Assembly (NCBI GenBank): GCA_964016885.1
Contig: CAXHJY010001718.1
Location: 1-58,547 of the forward strand
DNA: 58,547 nt
Source: Eledone cirrhosa
Lineage: Eukaryota
Direction: 5' to 3'
This document shows, one piece after another, positions 41,991-57,600 of the stretch. Each line of letters begins with the position of its first letter. Position 1 is the stretch's first letter. The notes beneath the pieces are model-generated. The model saw nothing but the letters and a program-made list of their open reading frames with translations. It was not told the DNA's origin and made no database searches. The translations under genes were made by a program, and so were the position numbers.

Positions 41991-44900
41991 TCTGCACATG
42001 TACCAGTAATTACAGATCGATCCGACCACGGGCGGCCGGCCCGCGATTGAAAAGGTAAATCCGCCGGCTAATCGTCATTTTTGGATTCGTTTTCTTCGAA
42101 GCACACCATTCGCCGGCGGACTTTGTTGACGTTTAACACGGTTTGGTTCCACAGCCACAACTATTGATTTTACGGAGATATCTGGCTGAAATTCACGCCA
42201 CACATAGCCAATGAGTGTCTGCACATGTACCAGTAATTACAGATCGATCCGACCACGGGCGGCCGGCCCGCGATTGAAAAGGTAAATCCGCCGGCTAATC
42301 GTCATTTTTGGATTCGTTTTCTTCGAAGCACACCATTTGCCGCGGACTTTGTTGACGTTTAACACCGTTTGGTTCCACAGCCACAACTATTGATTTTACG
42401 GAGATATCTTGCTGAAATTCACGCCACACATAGCCAATGAGTGTCTGCACATGTACCAGTAATTACAGATCGATCCGACCACGGGCGGCCGGCCCGCGAT
42501 TGAAAAGGTAAATCCGCCGGCTAATCGTCATTTTTGGATTCGTTTTCTTCGAAGCACACCATTCGCCGGCGGACTTTGTTGACGTTTAACACGGTTTGGT
42601 TCCAAAGCCACAACTATTGATTTTACGGAGATATCTTGCTGAAATTCACGCCACACATAGCCAATGAGTGTCTGCACATGTACCAGTAATTACAGATCGA
42701 TCCGACCACGGGCGGCCGGCCCGCGATTGAAAAGGTAAATCCGCCGGCTAATCGTCATTTTTGGATTCGTTTTCTTCGAAGCACACCATTCGCCGGCGGA
42801 CTTTGTTGACGTTTAACACGGTTTGGTTCCACAGCCACAACTATTGATTTTACGGAGATATCTGGCTGAAATTCACGCCACACATAGCCAATGAGTGTCT
42901 GCACATGTACCAGTAATTACAGATCGATCCGACCACGGGCGGCCGGCCCGCGATTGAAAAGGTAAATCCGCCGGCTAATCGTCATTTTTGGATTCGTTTT
43001 CTTCGAAGCACACCATTTGCCGCGGACTTTGTTGACGTTTAACACCGTTTGGTTCCACAGCCACAACTATTGATTTTACGGAGATATCTTGCTGAAATTC
43101 ACGCCACACATAGCCAATGAGTGTCTGCACATGTACCAGTAATTACAGATCGATCCGACCACGGGCGGCCGGCCCGCGATTGAAAAGGTAAATCCGCCGG
43201 CTAATCGTCATTTTTGGATTCGTTTTCTTCGAAGCACACCATTCGCCGGCGGACTTTGTTGACGTTTAACACGGTTTGGTTCCACAGCCACAACTATTGA
43301 TTTTACGGAGATATCTTGCTGAAATTCAAGCCACACATAGCCAATGAGTGTCTGCACATGTACCAGTAATTACAGATCGATCCGACCACGGGCGGCCGGC
43401 CCGCGATTGAAAAGGTAAATCCGCCGGCTAATCGTCATTTTTGGATTCGTTTTCTTCGAAGCACACCATTCGCCGGCGGACTTTGTTGACGTTTAACACG
43501 GTTTGGTTCCACAGCCAAAACTATTGATTTTACGGAGATATCTTGCTGAAATTCACGCCACACATAGCCAATGAGTGTCTGCACATGTACCAGTAATTAC
43601 AGATCGATCCGACCACGGGCGGCCGGCCCGCTATTGAAAAGGTAAATCCGCCGGCTAATCGTCATTTTTGGATTCGTTTTCTTCGAAGCAAACCATTTGC
43701 CGCGGACTTTGTTGACGTTTAACACCGTTTGGTTCCACAGCCACAACTATTGATTTTACGGAGATATCTTGCTGAAATTCACGCCACACATAGCCAATGA
43801 GTGTCTGCACATGTACCAGTAATTACAGATCGATCCGACCACGGGCGGCCGGCCCGCGATTGAAAAGGTAAATCCGCCGGCTAATCGTCATTTTTGGATT
43901 CGTTTTCTTCGAAGCACACCATTCGCCGGCGGACTTTGTTGACGTTTAACACGGTTTGGTTCCACAGCCACAACTATTGATTTTACGGAGATATCTTGCT
44001 GAAATTCACGCCACACATAGCCAATGAGTGTCTGCACATGTACCAGTAATTACAGATCGATCCGACCACGGGCGGCCGGCCCGCGATTGAAAAGGTAAAT
44101 CCGCCGGCTAATCGTCATTTTTGGATTCGTTTTCTTCGAAGCACACCATTCGCCGGCGGACTTTGTTGACGTTTAACACGGTTTGGTTCCACAGCCACAA
44201 CTATTGATTTTACGGAGATATCTGGCTGAAATTCACGCCACACATAGCCAATGAGTGTCTGCACATGTACCAGTAATTACAGATCGATCCGACCACGGGC
44301 GGCCGGCCCGCGATTGAAAAGGTAAATCCGCCGGCTAATCGTCATTTTTGGATTCGTTTTCTTCGAAGCACACCATTTGCCGCGGACTTTGTTGACGTTT
44401 AACACCGTTTGGTTCCACAGCCACAACTATTGATTTTACGGAGATATCTTGCTGAAATTCACGCCACACATAGCCAATGAGTGTCTGCACATGTACCAGT
44501 AATTACAGATCGATCCGACCACGGGCGGCCGGCCCGCGATTGAAAAGGTAAATCCGCCGGCTAATCGTCATTTTTGGATTCGTTTTCTTCGAAGCACACC
44601 ATTCGCCGGCGGACTTTGTTGACGTTTAACACGGTTTGGTTCCACAGCCACAACTATTGATTTTACGGAGATATCTTGCTGAAATTCAAGCCACACATAG
44701 CCAATGAGTGTCTGCACATGTACCAGTAATTACAGATCGATCCGACCACGGGCGGCCGGCCCGCGATTGAAAAGGTAAATCCGCCGGCTAATCGTCATTT
44801 TTGGATTCGTTTTCTTCGAAGCACACCATTCGCCGGCGGACTTTGTTGACGTTTAACACGGTTTGGTTCCACAGCCACAACTATTGATTTTACGGAGATA

Positions 44901-46920
44901 TCTGGCTGAAATTCACGCCACACATAGCCAATGAGTGTCTGCACATGTACCAGTAATTACAGATCGATCCGACCACGGGCGGCTGGCCCGCGATTGAAAA
45001 GGTAAATCCGCCGGCTAATCGTCATTTTTGGATTCGTTTTCTTCGAAGCACACCATTCGCCGGCGGACTTTGTTGACGTTTAACACGGTTTGGTTCCACA
45101 GCCACAACTATTGATTTTACGGAGATATCTTGCTGAAATTCACGCCACACATAGCCAATGAGTGTCTGCACATGTACCAGTAATTACAGATCGATCCGAC
45201 CACGGGCGGCCGGCCCGCTATTGAAAAGGTAAATCCGCCGGCTAATCGTCATTTTTGGATTCGTTTTCTTCGAAGCAAACCATTTGCCGCGGACTTTGTT
45301 GACGTTTAACACCGTTTGGTTCCACAGCCACAACTATTGATTTTACGGAGATATCTTGCTGAAATTCACGCCACACATAGCCAATGAGTGTCTGCACATG
45401 TACCAGTAATTACAGATCGATCCGACCACGGGCGGCCGGCCCGCGATTGAAAAGGTAAATCCGCCGGCTAATCGTCATTTTTGGATTCGTTTTCTTCGAA
45501 GCACACCATTCGCCGGCGGACTTTGTTGACGTTTAACACGGTTTGGTTCCACAGCCACAACTATTGATTTTACGGAGATATCTTGCTGAAATTCACGCCA
45601 CACATAGCCAATGAGTGTCTGCACATGTACCAGTAATTACAGATCGATCCGACCACGGGCGGCCGGCCCGCGATTGAAAAGGTAAATCCGCCGGCTAATC
45701 GTCATTTTTGGATTCGTTTTCTTCGAAGCACACCATTCGCCGGCGGACTTTGTTGACGTTTAACACGGTTTGGTTCCAAAGCCACAACTATTGATTTTAC
45801 GGAGATATCTTGCTGAAATTCACGCCACACATAGCCAATGAGTGTCTGCACATGTACCAGTAATTACAGATCGATCCGACCACGGGCGGCCGGCCCGCTA
45901 TTGAAAAGGTAAATCCGCCGGCTAATCGTCATTTTTGGATTCGTTTTCTTCGAAGCAAACCATTTGCCGCGGACTTTGTTGACGTTTAACACCGTTTGGT
46001 TCCACAGCCACAACTATTGATTTTACGGAGATATCTTGCTGAAATTCACGCCACACATAGCCAATGAGTGTCTGCACATGTACCAGTAATTACAGATCGA
46101 TCCGACCACGGGCGGCCGGCCCGCCATTGAAAAGGTAAATCCGCCGGCTAATCGTCATTTTTGGATTCGTTTTCTTCGAAGCACACCATTCGCCGGCGGA
46201 CTTTGTTGACGTTTAACACGGTTTGGTTCCAAAGCCACAACTATTGATTTTACGGAGATATCTTGCTGAAATTCACGCCACACATAGCCAATGAGTGTCT
46301 GCACATGTACCAGTAATTACAGATCGATCCGACCACGGGCGGCCGGCCCGCGATTGAAAAGGTAAATCCGCCGGCTAATCGTCATTTTTGGATTCGTTTT
46401 CTTCGAAGCACACCATTCGCCGGCGGACTTTGTTGACGTTTAACACGGTTTGGTTCCAAAGCCACAACTATTGATTTTACGGAGATATCTTGCTGAAATT
46501 CACGCCACACATAGCCAATGAGTGTCTGCACATGTACCAGTAATTACAGATCGATCCGACCACGGGCGGCCGGCCCGCGATTGAAAAGGTAAATCCGCCG
46601 GCTAATCGTCATTTTTGGATTCGTTTTCTTCGAAGCACACCATTCGCCGGCGGACTTTGTTGACGTTTAACACGGTTTGGTTCCAAAGCCACAACTATTG
46701 ATTTTACGGAGATATCTTGCTGAAATTCACGCCACACATAGCCAATGAGTGTCTGCACATGTACCAGTAATTACAGATCGATCCGACCACGGGCGGCCGG
46801 CCCGCGATTGAAAAGGTAAATCCGCCGGCTAATCGTCATTTTTGGATTCGTTTTCTTCGAAGCACACCATTCGCCGGCGGACTTTGTTGACGTTTAACAC
46901 GGTTTGGTTCCACAGCCACA

Positions 46921-49900
46921 ACTATTGATTTTACGGAGATATCTGGCTGAAATTCACGCCACACATAGCCAATGAGTGTCTGCACATGTACCAGTAATTA
47001 CAGATCGATCCGACCACGGGCGGCCGGCCCGCGATTGAAAAGGTAAATCCGCCGGCTAATCGTCATTTTTGGATTCGTTTTCTTCGAAGCACACCATTTG
47101 CCGCGGACTTTGTTGACGTTTAACACCGTTTGGTTCCACAGCCACAACTATTGATTTTACGGAGATATCTTGCTGAAATTCACGCCACACATAGCCAATG
47201 AGTGTCTGCACATGTACCAGTAATTACAGATCGATCCGACCACGGGCGGCCGGCCCGCGATTGAAAAGGTAAATCCGCCGGCTAATCGTCATTTTTGGAT
47301 TCGTTTTCTTCGAAGCACACCATTCGCCGGCGGACTTTGTTGACGTTTAACACGGTTTGGTTCCACAGCCACAACTATTGATTTTACGGAGATATCTTGC
47401 TGAAATTCAAGCCACACATAGCCAATGAGTGTCTGCACATGTACCAGTAATTACAGATCGATCCGACCACGGGCGGCCGGCCCGCGATTGAAAAGGTAAA
47501 TCCGCCGGCTAATCGTCATTTTTGGATTCGTTTTCTTCGAAGCACACCATTCGCCGGCGGACTTTGTTGACGTTTAACACGGTTTGGTTCCACAGCCACA
47601 ACTATTGATTTTACGGAGATATCTTGCTGAAATTCACGCCACACATAGCCAATGAGTGTCTGCACATGTACCAGTAATTACAGATCGATCCGACCACGGG
47701 CGGCCGGCCCGCGATTGAAAAGGTAAATCCGCCGGCTAATCGTCATTTTTGGATTCGTTTTCTTCGAAGCACACCATTCGCCGGCGGACTTTGTTGACGT
47801 TTAACACGGTTTGGTTCCAAAGCCACAACTATTGATTTTACGGAGATATCTTGCTGAAATTCACGCCACACATAGCCAATGAGTGTCTGCACATGTACCA
47901 GTAATTACAGATCGATCCGACCACGGGCGGCCGGCCCGCTATTGAAAAGGTAAATCCGCCGGCTAATCGTCATTTTTGGATTCGTTTTCTTCGAAGCAAA
48001 CCATTTGCCGCGGACTTTGTTGACGTTTAACACCGTTTGGTTCCACAGCCACAACTATTGATTTTACGGAGATATCTTGCTGAAATTCACGCCACACATA
48101 GCCAATGAGTGTCTGCACATGTACCAGTAATTACAGATCGATCCGACCACGGGCGGCCGGCCCGCCATTGAAAAGGTAAATCCGCCGGCTAATCGTCATT
48201 TTTGGATTCGTTTTCTTCGAAGCACACCATTCGCCGGCGGACTTTGTTGACGTTTAACACGGTTTGGTTCCAAAGCCACAACTATTGATTTTACGGAGAT
48301 ATCTTGCTGAAATTCACGCCACACATAGCCAATGAGTGTCTGCACATGTACCAGTAATTACAGATCGATCCGACCACGGGCGGCCGGCCCGCGATTGAAA
48401 AGGTAAATCCGCCGGCTAATCGTCATTTTTGGATTCGTTTTCTTCGAAGCACACCATTCGCCGGCGGACTTTGTTGACGTTTAACACGGTTTGGTTCCAA
48501 AGCCACAACTATTGATTTTACGGAGATATCTTGCTGAAATTCACGCCACACATAGCCAATGAGTGTCTGCACATGTACCAGTAATTACAGATCGATCCGA
48601 CCACGGGCGGCCGGCCCGCGATTGAAAAGGTAAATCCGCCGGCTAATCGTCATTTTTGGATTCGTTTTCTTCGAAGCACACCATTCGCCGGCGGACTTTG
48701 TTGACGTTTAACACGGTTTGGTTCCAAAGCCACAACTATTGATTTTACGGAGATATCTTGCTGAAATTCACGCCACACATAGCCAATGAGTGTCTGCACA
48801 TGTACCAGTAATTACAGATCGATCCGACCACGGGCGGCCGGCCCGCGATTGAAAAGGTAAATCCGCCGGCTAATCGTCATTTTTGGATTCGTTTTCTTCG
48901 AAGCACACCATTCGCCGGCGGACTTTGTTGACGTTTAACACGGTTTGGTTCCACAGCCACAACTATTGATTTTACGGAGATATCTGGCTGAAATTCACGC
49001 CACACATAGCCAATGAGTGTCTGCACATGTACCAGTAATTACAGATCGATCCGACCACGGGCGGCCGGCCCGCGATTGAAAAGGTAAATCCGCCGGCTAA
49101 TCGTCATTTTTGGATTCGTTTTCTTCGAAGCACACCATTTGCCGCGGACTTTGTTGACGTTTAACACCGTTTGGTTCCACAGCCACAACTATTGATTTTA
49201 CGGAGATATCTTGCTGAAATTCACGCCACACATAGCCAATGAGTGTCTGCACATGTACCAGTAATTACAGATCGATCCGACCACGGGCGGCCGGCCCGCG
49301 ATTGAAAAGGTAAATCCGCCGGCTAATCGTCATTTTTGGATTCGTTTTCTTCGAAGCACACCATTCGCCGGCGGACTTTGTTGACGTTTAACACGGTTTG
49401 GTTCCACAGCCACAACTATTGATTTTACGGAGATATCTTGCTGAAATTCAAGCCACACATAGCCAATGAGTGTCTGCACATGTACCAGTAATTACAGATC
49501 GATCCGACCACGGGCGGCCGGCCCGCGATTGAAAAGGTAAATCCGCCGGCTAATCGTCATTTTTGGATTCGTTTTCTTCGAAGCACACCATTCGCCGGCG
49601 GACTTTGTTGACGTTTAACACGGTTTGGTTCCACAGCCAAAACTATTGATTTTACGGAGATATCTTGCTGAAATTCACGCCACACATAGCCAATGAGTGT
49701 CTGCACATGTACCAGTAATTACAGATCGATCCGACCACGGGCGGCCGGCCCGCGATTGAAAAGGTAAATCCGCCGGCTAATCGTCATTTTTGGATTCGTT
49801 TTCTTCGAAGCACACCATTCGCCGGCGGACTTTGTTGACGTTTAACACGGTTTGGTTCCAAAGCCACAACTATTGATTTTACGGAGATATCTTGCTGAAA

Positions 49901-52900
49901 TTCACGCCACACATAGCCAATGAGTGTCTGCACATGTACCAGTAATTACAGATCGATCCGACCACGGGCGGCCGGCCCGCGATTGAAAAGGTAAATCCGC
50001 CGGCTAATCGTCATTTTTGGATTCGTTTTCTTCGAAGCACACCATTCGCCGGCGGACTTTGTTGACGTTTAACACGGTTTGGTTCCACAGCCACAACTAT
50101 TGATTTTACGGAGATATCTGGCTGAAATTCACGCCACACATAGCCAATGAGTGTCTGCACATGTACCAGTAATTACAGATCGATCCGACCACGGGCGGCC
50201 GGCCCGCGATTGAAAAGGTAAATCCGCCGGCTAATCGTCATTTTTGGATTCGTTTTCTTCGAAGCACACCATTTGCCGCGGACTTTGTTGACGTTTAACA
50301 CCGTTTGGTTCCACAGCCACAACTATTGATTTTACGGAGATATCTTGCTGAAATTCACGCCACACATAGCCAATGAGTGTCTGCACATGTACCAGTAATT
50401 ACAGATCGATCCGACCACGGGCGGCCGGCCCGCGATTGAAAAGGTAAATCCGCCGGCTAATCGTCATTTTTGGATTCGTTTTCTTCGAAGCACACCATTC
50501 GCCGGCGGACTTTGTTGACGTTTAACACGGTTTGGTTCCACAGCCACAACTATTGATTTTACGGAGATATCTTGCTGAAATTCAAGCCACACATAGCCAA
50601 TGAGTGTCTGCACATGTACCAGTAATTACAGATCGATCCGACCACGGGCGGCCGGCCCGCGATTGAAAAGGTAAATCCGCCGGCTAATCGTCATTTTTGG
50701 ATTCGTTTTCTTCGAAGCACACCATTCGCCGGCGGACTTTGTTGACGTTTAACACGGTTTGGTTCCACAGCCACAACTATTGATTTTACGGAGATATCTG
50801 GCTGAAATTCACGCCACACATAGCCAATGAGTGTCTGCACATGTACCAGTAATTACAGATCGATCCGACCACGGGCGGCCGGCCCGCGATTGAAAAGGTA
50901 AATCCGCCGGCTAATCGTCATTTTTGGATTCGTTTTCTTCGAAGCACACCATTTGCCGCGGACTTTGTTGACGTTTAAACACGTTTGGTTCCACAGCCAC
51001 AACTATTGATTTTACGGAGATATCTTGCTGAAATTCACGCCACACATAGCCAATGAGTGTCTGCACATGTACCAGTAATTACAGATCGATCCGACCACGG
51101 GCGGCCGGCCCGCGATTGAAAAGGTAAATCCGCCGGCTAATCGTCATTTTTGGATTCGTTTTCTTCGAAGCACACCATTCGCCGGCGGACTTTGTTGACG
51201 TTTAACACGGTTTGGTTCCACAGCCACAACTATTGATTTTACGGAGATATCTTGCTGAAATTCAAGCCACACATAGCCAATGAGTGTCTGCACATGTACC
51301 AGTAATTACAGATCGATCCGACCACGGGCGGCCGGCCCGCGATTGAAAAGGTAAATCCGCCGGCTAATCGTCATTTTTGGATTCGTTTTCTTCGAAGCAC
51401 ACCATTCGCGGCGGACTTTGTTGACGTTTAACACGGTTTGGTTCCACAGCCACAACTATTGATTTTACGGAGATATCTTGCTGAAATTCACGCCACACAT
51501 AGCCAATGAGTGTCTGCACATGTACCAGTAATTACAGATCGAATCCGACCACGGGCGGCCGGCCCGCGATTGAAAAGGTAAATCCGCCGGCTAATCGTCA
51601 TTTTTGGATTCGTTTTCTTCGAAGCACACCATTCGCCGGCGGACTTTGTTGACGTTTAACACGGTTTGGTTCCAAAGCCACAACTATTGATTTTACGGAG
51701 ATATCTTGCTGAAATTCACGCCACACATAGCCAATGAGTGTCTGCACATGTACCAGTAATTACAGATCGATCCGACCACGGGCGGCCGGCCCGCTATTGA
51801 AAAGGTAAATCCGCCGGCTAAATCGTCATTTTGGATTCGTTTTCTTCGAAGCAAACCATTTGCCGCGGACTTTGTTGACGTTTAACACCGTTTGGTTCCA
51901 CAGCCACAACTATTGATTTTACGGAGATATCTTGCTGAAATTCACGCCACACATAGCCAATGAGTGTCTGCACATGTACAGTAATTACAGATCGATCCGA
52001 CCACGGGCGGCCGGCCCGCCATTGAAAAGGTAAATCCGCCGGCTAATCGTCATTTTTGGATTCGTTTTCTTCGAAGCACACCATTCGCCGGCGGACTTTG
52101 TTGACGTTTAACACGGTTTGGTTCCAAAGCCACAACTATTGATTTTACGGAGATATCTTGCTGAAATTCACGCCACACATAGCCAATGAGTGTCTGCACA
52201 TGTACCAGTAATTACAGATCGATCCGACCACGGGCGGCCGGCCCGCGATTGAAAAGGTAATCCGCCGGCTAATCGTCATTTTTGGATTCGTTTTCTTCGA
52301 AGCACACCATTCGCCGGCGGACTTTGTTGACGTTTAACACGGTTTGGTTCCAAAGCCACAACTATTGATTTTACGGAGATATCTTGCTGAAATTCACGCC
52401 ACACATAGGCCAATGAGTGTCTGCACATGTACCAGTAATTACAGATCGATCCGACCACGGGCGGCCGGCCGCGATTGAAAAGGTAAATCCGCCGGCTAAT
52501 CGTCATTTTTGGATTCGTTTTCTTCGAAGCACACCATTCGCCGGCGGACTTTGTTGACGTTTAACACGGTTTGGTTCCAAAGCCACAACTATTGATTTTA
52601 CGGAGATATCTTGCTGAAATTCACGCCACACATAGCCAATGAGTGTCTGCACATGTACCAGTAATTACAGATCGATCCGACCACGGGCGGCCGGCCCGCG
52701 ATTGAAAAGGTAAATCCGCCGGCTAATCGTCATTTTTGGATTCGTTTTCTTCGAAGCACACCATTCGCCGGCGGACTTTGTTGACGTTTAACACGGTTTG
52801 GTTCCACAGCCACAACTATTGATTTTACGGAGATATCTGGCTGAAATTCACGCCACACTAGCCAATGAGTGTCTGCACATGTACCAGTAATTACAGATCG

Positions 52901-54628
52901 ATCCGACCACGGGCGGCCGGCCCGCGATTGAAAAGGTAAATCCGCCGGCTAATCGTCATTTTTGGATTCGTTTTCTTCGAAGCACACCATTTGCCGCGGA
53001 CTTTGTTGACGTTTAACACGTTTGGTTCCACAGCCACAACTATTGATTTTACGGAGATATCTTGCTGAAATTCACGCCACACATAGCCAATGAGTGTCTG
53101 CACATGTACCAGTAATTACAGATCGATCCGACCACGGGCGGCCGGCCCGCGATTGAAAAGGTAAATCCGCCGGCTAATCGTCATTTTTGGATTCGTTTTC
53201 TTCGAAGCACACCATTCGCCGGCGGACTTTGTTGACGTTTTAACACGGTTTGGTTCCACAGCCACAACTATTGATTTTACGGAGATATCTTGCTGAAATT
53301 CAAGCCACACATAGCCAATGAGTGTCTGCACATGTACCAGTAATTACAGATCGATCCGACCACGGGCGGCCGGCCCGCGATTGAAAAGGTAAATCCGCCG
53401 GCTAATCGTCATTTTTGGATTCGTTTTTCTTCGAAGCACACCATTCGCCGGCGGACTTTGTTGACGTTTAACAACGGTTTGGTTCCACAGCCAAAACTAT
53501 TGATTTTACGGAGATATCTTGCTGAAATTCACGCCACACATAGCCAATGAGTGTCTGCACATGTACCAGTAATTACAGATCGATCCGACCACGGGCGGCC
53601 GGCCCGCGATTGAAAAGGTAAATCCGCCGGCTAATCGTCATTTTTGGATTCGTTTTCTTCGAAGCACACCATTCGCCGGCGGACTTTGTTGACGTTTAAC
53701 ACGGTTTGGTTCCAAAGCCACAACTATTGATTTTACGGAGATATCTTGCTGAAATTCACGCCACACATAGCCAATGAGTGTCTGCACATGTACCAGTAAT
53801 TACAGATCGATCCGACCACGGGCGGCCGGCCCGCGATTGAAAAGGTAAATCCGCCGGCTAATCGTCATTTTTGGATTCGTTTTCTCTTCGAAGCACACCA
53901 TTCGCCGGCGACTTTGTTGACGTTTAACACGGTTTGGTTCCACAGCCACAACTATTGATTTTACGGAGATATCTGGCTGAAATTCACGCCACACATAGCC
54001 AATGAGTGTCTGCACATGTACCAGTAATTACAGATCGATCCGACCACGGGCGGCCGGCCCGCGATTGAAAAGGTAAATCCGCCGCTAATCGTCATTTTTG
54101 GATTCGTTTTCTTCGAAGCACACCATTTGCCGCGGACTTTGTTGACGTTTAACACCGTTTGGTTCCACAGCCACAACTATTGATTTTACGGAGATATCTT
54201 GCTGAAATTCACGCCACACATAGCCAATGAGTGTCTGCACATGTACCAGTAATTACAGATCGATCCGACCACGGGCGGCCGGCCCGCGATTGAAAAGGTA
54301 AATCCGCCGGCTAATCGTCATTTTTGGATTCGTTTTCTTCGAAGCACACCATTCGCCGGCGGACTTTGTTGACGTTTAACACGGTTTGGTTCCACAGCCA
54401 CAACTATTGATTTTACGGAGATATCTTGCTGAAATTCAAGCCACACATAGCCAATGAGTGTCTGCACATGTACCAGTAATTACAGATCGATCCGACACGG
54501 GGCGGCCGGCCGCGATTGAAAAGGTAAATCCGCCGGCTAATCGTCATTTTTGGATTCGTTTTCTTCGAAGCACACCATTCGCCGGCGGACTTTGTTGACG
54601 TTTAACACGGTTTGGTTCCACAGCCAAA
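46921..54628. repeat. Tandem duplication of a 17-monomer (3855-bp) block
   Basis: The order a-b-c-q-d-r-q-q-b-a-b-cA-q-b-a-b-c occurs at 46921-50775 and again from 50776. Confidence 0.83.
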
Positions 54629-57600
54629 ACTATTGATTTTACGGAGATATCTTGCTGAAATTCACGCCACACATAGCCAATGAGTGTCTGCACATGTACC
54701 AGTAATTACAGATCGATCGACCACGGGCGGCCGGCCCGCTATTGAAAAGGTAAATCCGCCGGCTAATCGTCATTTTTGGATTCGTTTTCTTCGAAGCAAA
54801 CCATTTGCCGCGGACTTTGTTGACGTTTAACACCGTTTGGTTCCACAGCCACAACTATTGATTTTACGGAGATATCTTGCTGAAATTCACGCCACACATA
54901 GCCAATGAGTGTCTGCACATGTACCAGTAATTACAGATCGATCCGACCACGGGCGGCCGGCCCGCGATTGAAAAGGTAAATCCGCCGGCTAATCGTCATT
55001 TTTGGATTCGTTTTCTTCGAAGCTACACCATTCGCCGGCGGACTTTGTTGACGTTTAACACGGTTTGGTTCCACAGCCACAACTATTGATTTTACGGAGA
55101 TATCTTGCTGAAAATTCACGCCACACATAGCCAATGAGTGTCTGCACATGTACCAGTAATTACAGATCGATCCGACCACGGGCGGCCGGCCCGCGATTGA
55201 AAAGGTAAATCCGCCGGCTAATCGTCATTTTTGGATTCGTTTTCTTCGAAGCACACCATTCGCCGGCGGACTTTGTTGACGTTTAACACGGTTTGGTTCC
55301 ACAGCCACAACTATTGATTTTACGGAGATATCTTGCTGAAATTCACGCCCACACATAGCCAATGAGTGTCTGCACATGTACCAGTAATTACAGATCGATC
55401 CGACCACGGGCGGCCGGCCCGCGATTGAAAAGGTAAATCGCCGGCTAATCGTCATTTTTGGATTCGTTTTCTTCGAAGCACACCATTCGCCGGCGGACTT
55501 TGTTGACGTTTAACACGGTTTGGTTCCACAGCCACAACTATTGATTTTACGGAGATATCTGGCTGAAATTCACGCCACACATAGCCAATGAGTGTCTGCA
55601 CATGTACCAGTAATTACAGATCGATCCGACCACGGGCGGCCGGCCCGCGATTGAAAAGGTAAATCCGCCGGCTAATCGTCATTTTTGGATTCGTTTTCTT
55701 CGAAGCACACCATTTGCCGCGGACTTTGTTGACGTTTAACACCGTTTGGTTCCACAGCCACAACTATTGATTTTACGGAGATATCTTGCTGAAATTCACG
55801 CCACACATAGCCAATGAGTGTCTGCACATGTACCAGTAATTACAGATCGATCGACCACGGGCGGCCGGCCCGCGATTGAAAAGGTAAATCCGCCGGCTAA
55901 TCGTCATTTTTGGATTCGTTTTCTTCGAAGCACACCATTCGCCGGCGGACTTTGTTGACGTTTAACACGGTTTGGTTCCACAGCCACAACTATTGATTTT
56001 AACGGAGATATCTTGCTGAAATTCAAGCCACACATAGCCAATGAGTGTCTGCACATGTACCAGTAATTACAGATCGATCCGACCACGGGCGGCCGGCCCG
56101 CGATGAAAAGGTAAATCCGCCGGCTAATCGTCATTTTTGGATTCGTTTTCTTCGAAGCACACCATTCGCCCGGCGGACTTTGTTGACGTTTAACACGTTT
56201 GTTCCACAGCCAAAACTATTGATTTTACGGAGATATCTTGCTGAAATTCACGCCACACATAGCCAATGAGTGTCTGCACATGTACCAGTAATTACAGATC
56301 GATCCGACCACGGGCGGCCGGCCCGCTATTGAAAAGGTAAATCCGCCGGCTAATCGTCATTTTTGGATTCGTTTTCTTCGAAGCAAACCATTTGCCGCGG
56401 ACTTTGTTGACGTTTAACACCGTTTGGTTCACAGCCACAAACTATTGATTTTACGGAGATATCTTGCTGAATTCACGCCACACATAGCCAATGAGTGTCT
56501 GCACATGTACCAGTAATTACAGATCGATCCGACCACGGGCGGCCGGCCCGCGATTGAAAAGGTAAATCCGCGGCTAATCGTCATTTTTGGATTCGTTTTC
56601 TTCGAAGCACACCATTCGCCGGCGGACTTTGTTGACGTTTAACACGGTTTGGTTCCACAGCCACAACTATTGATTTTACGGAGATATCTTGCTGAAATTC
56701 ACGCCACACATAGCCAATGAGTGTCTGCACATGTACCAGTAATTACAGATCGATCCGACCACGGGCGGCCGGCCCCGCGATTGAAAAGGTAAATCCGCCG
56801 GCTAATCGTCATTTTTGGATTCGTTTTCTTCGAAGCAACACCATTCGCCGGCGGACTTTGTTGACGTTTAACACGGTTTGGTTCCACAGCCACAACTATT
56901 GATTTTACGGAGATATCTGGCTGAAATTCACGCCACACATAGCCAATGAGTGTCTGCACATGTACCAGTAATTACAGATCGATCCGACCACGGGCGGCCG
57001 GCCCGCGATTGAAAAGGTAAATCCGCCGGCTAATCGTCATTTTTGGATTCGTTTTCTTCGAAGCACACCCATTTGCCGCGGACTTTGTTGACGTTTAACA
57101 CCGTTTGGTTCCACAGCCACAACTATTGATTTTACGGAGATATCTTGCTGAAATTCACGCCACACATAGCCAATGAGTGTCTGCACATGTACCAGTAATT
57201 ACAGATCGATCCGACCACGGGCGGCCGGCCCGCGATTGAAAGGTAAATCCGCCGGCTAATCGTCATTTTTGGATTCGTTTTCTTCGAAGCACACCATTCC
57301 GCCGGCGGACTTGTTGACGTTTAACACGGTTTGGTTCCACAGCCACAACTATTGATTTTACGGAGATATCTTGCTGAAATTCAAGCCACACATAGCCAAT
57401 GAGTGTCTGCACATGTACCAGTAATTACAGATCGATCCGACCACGGGCGGCCGGCCCGCGATTGAAAAGGTAAATCCGCCGGCTAATCGTCATTTTTGGA
57501 TTCGTTTTCTTCGAAGCACACCATTCGCCGGCGGACTTTGTTGACGTTTAACACGGTTTGGTTCCACAGCCACAACTATTGATTTTACGGAGATATCTGG

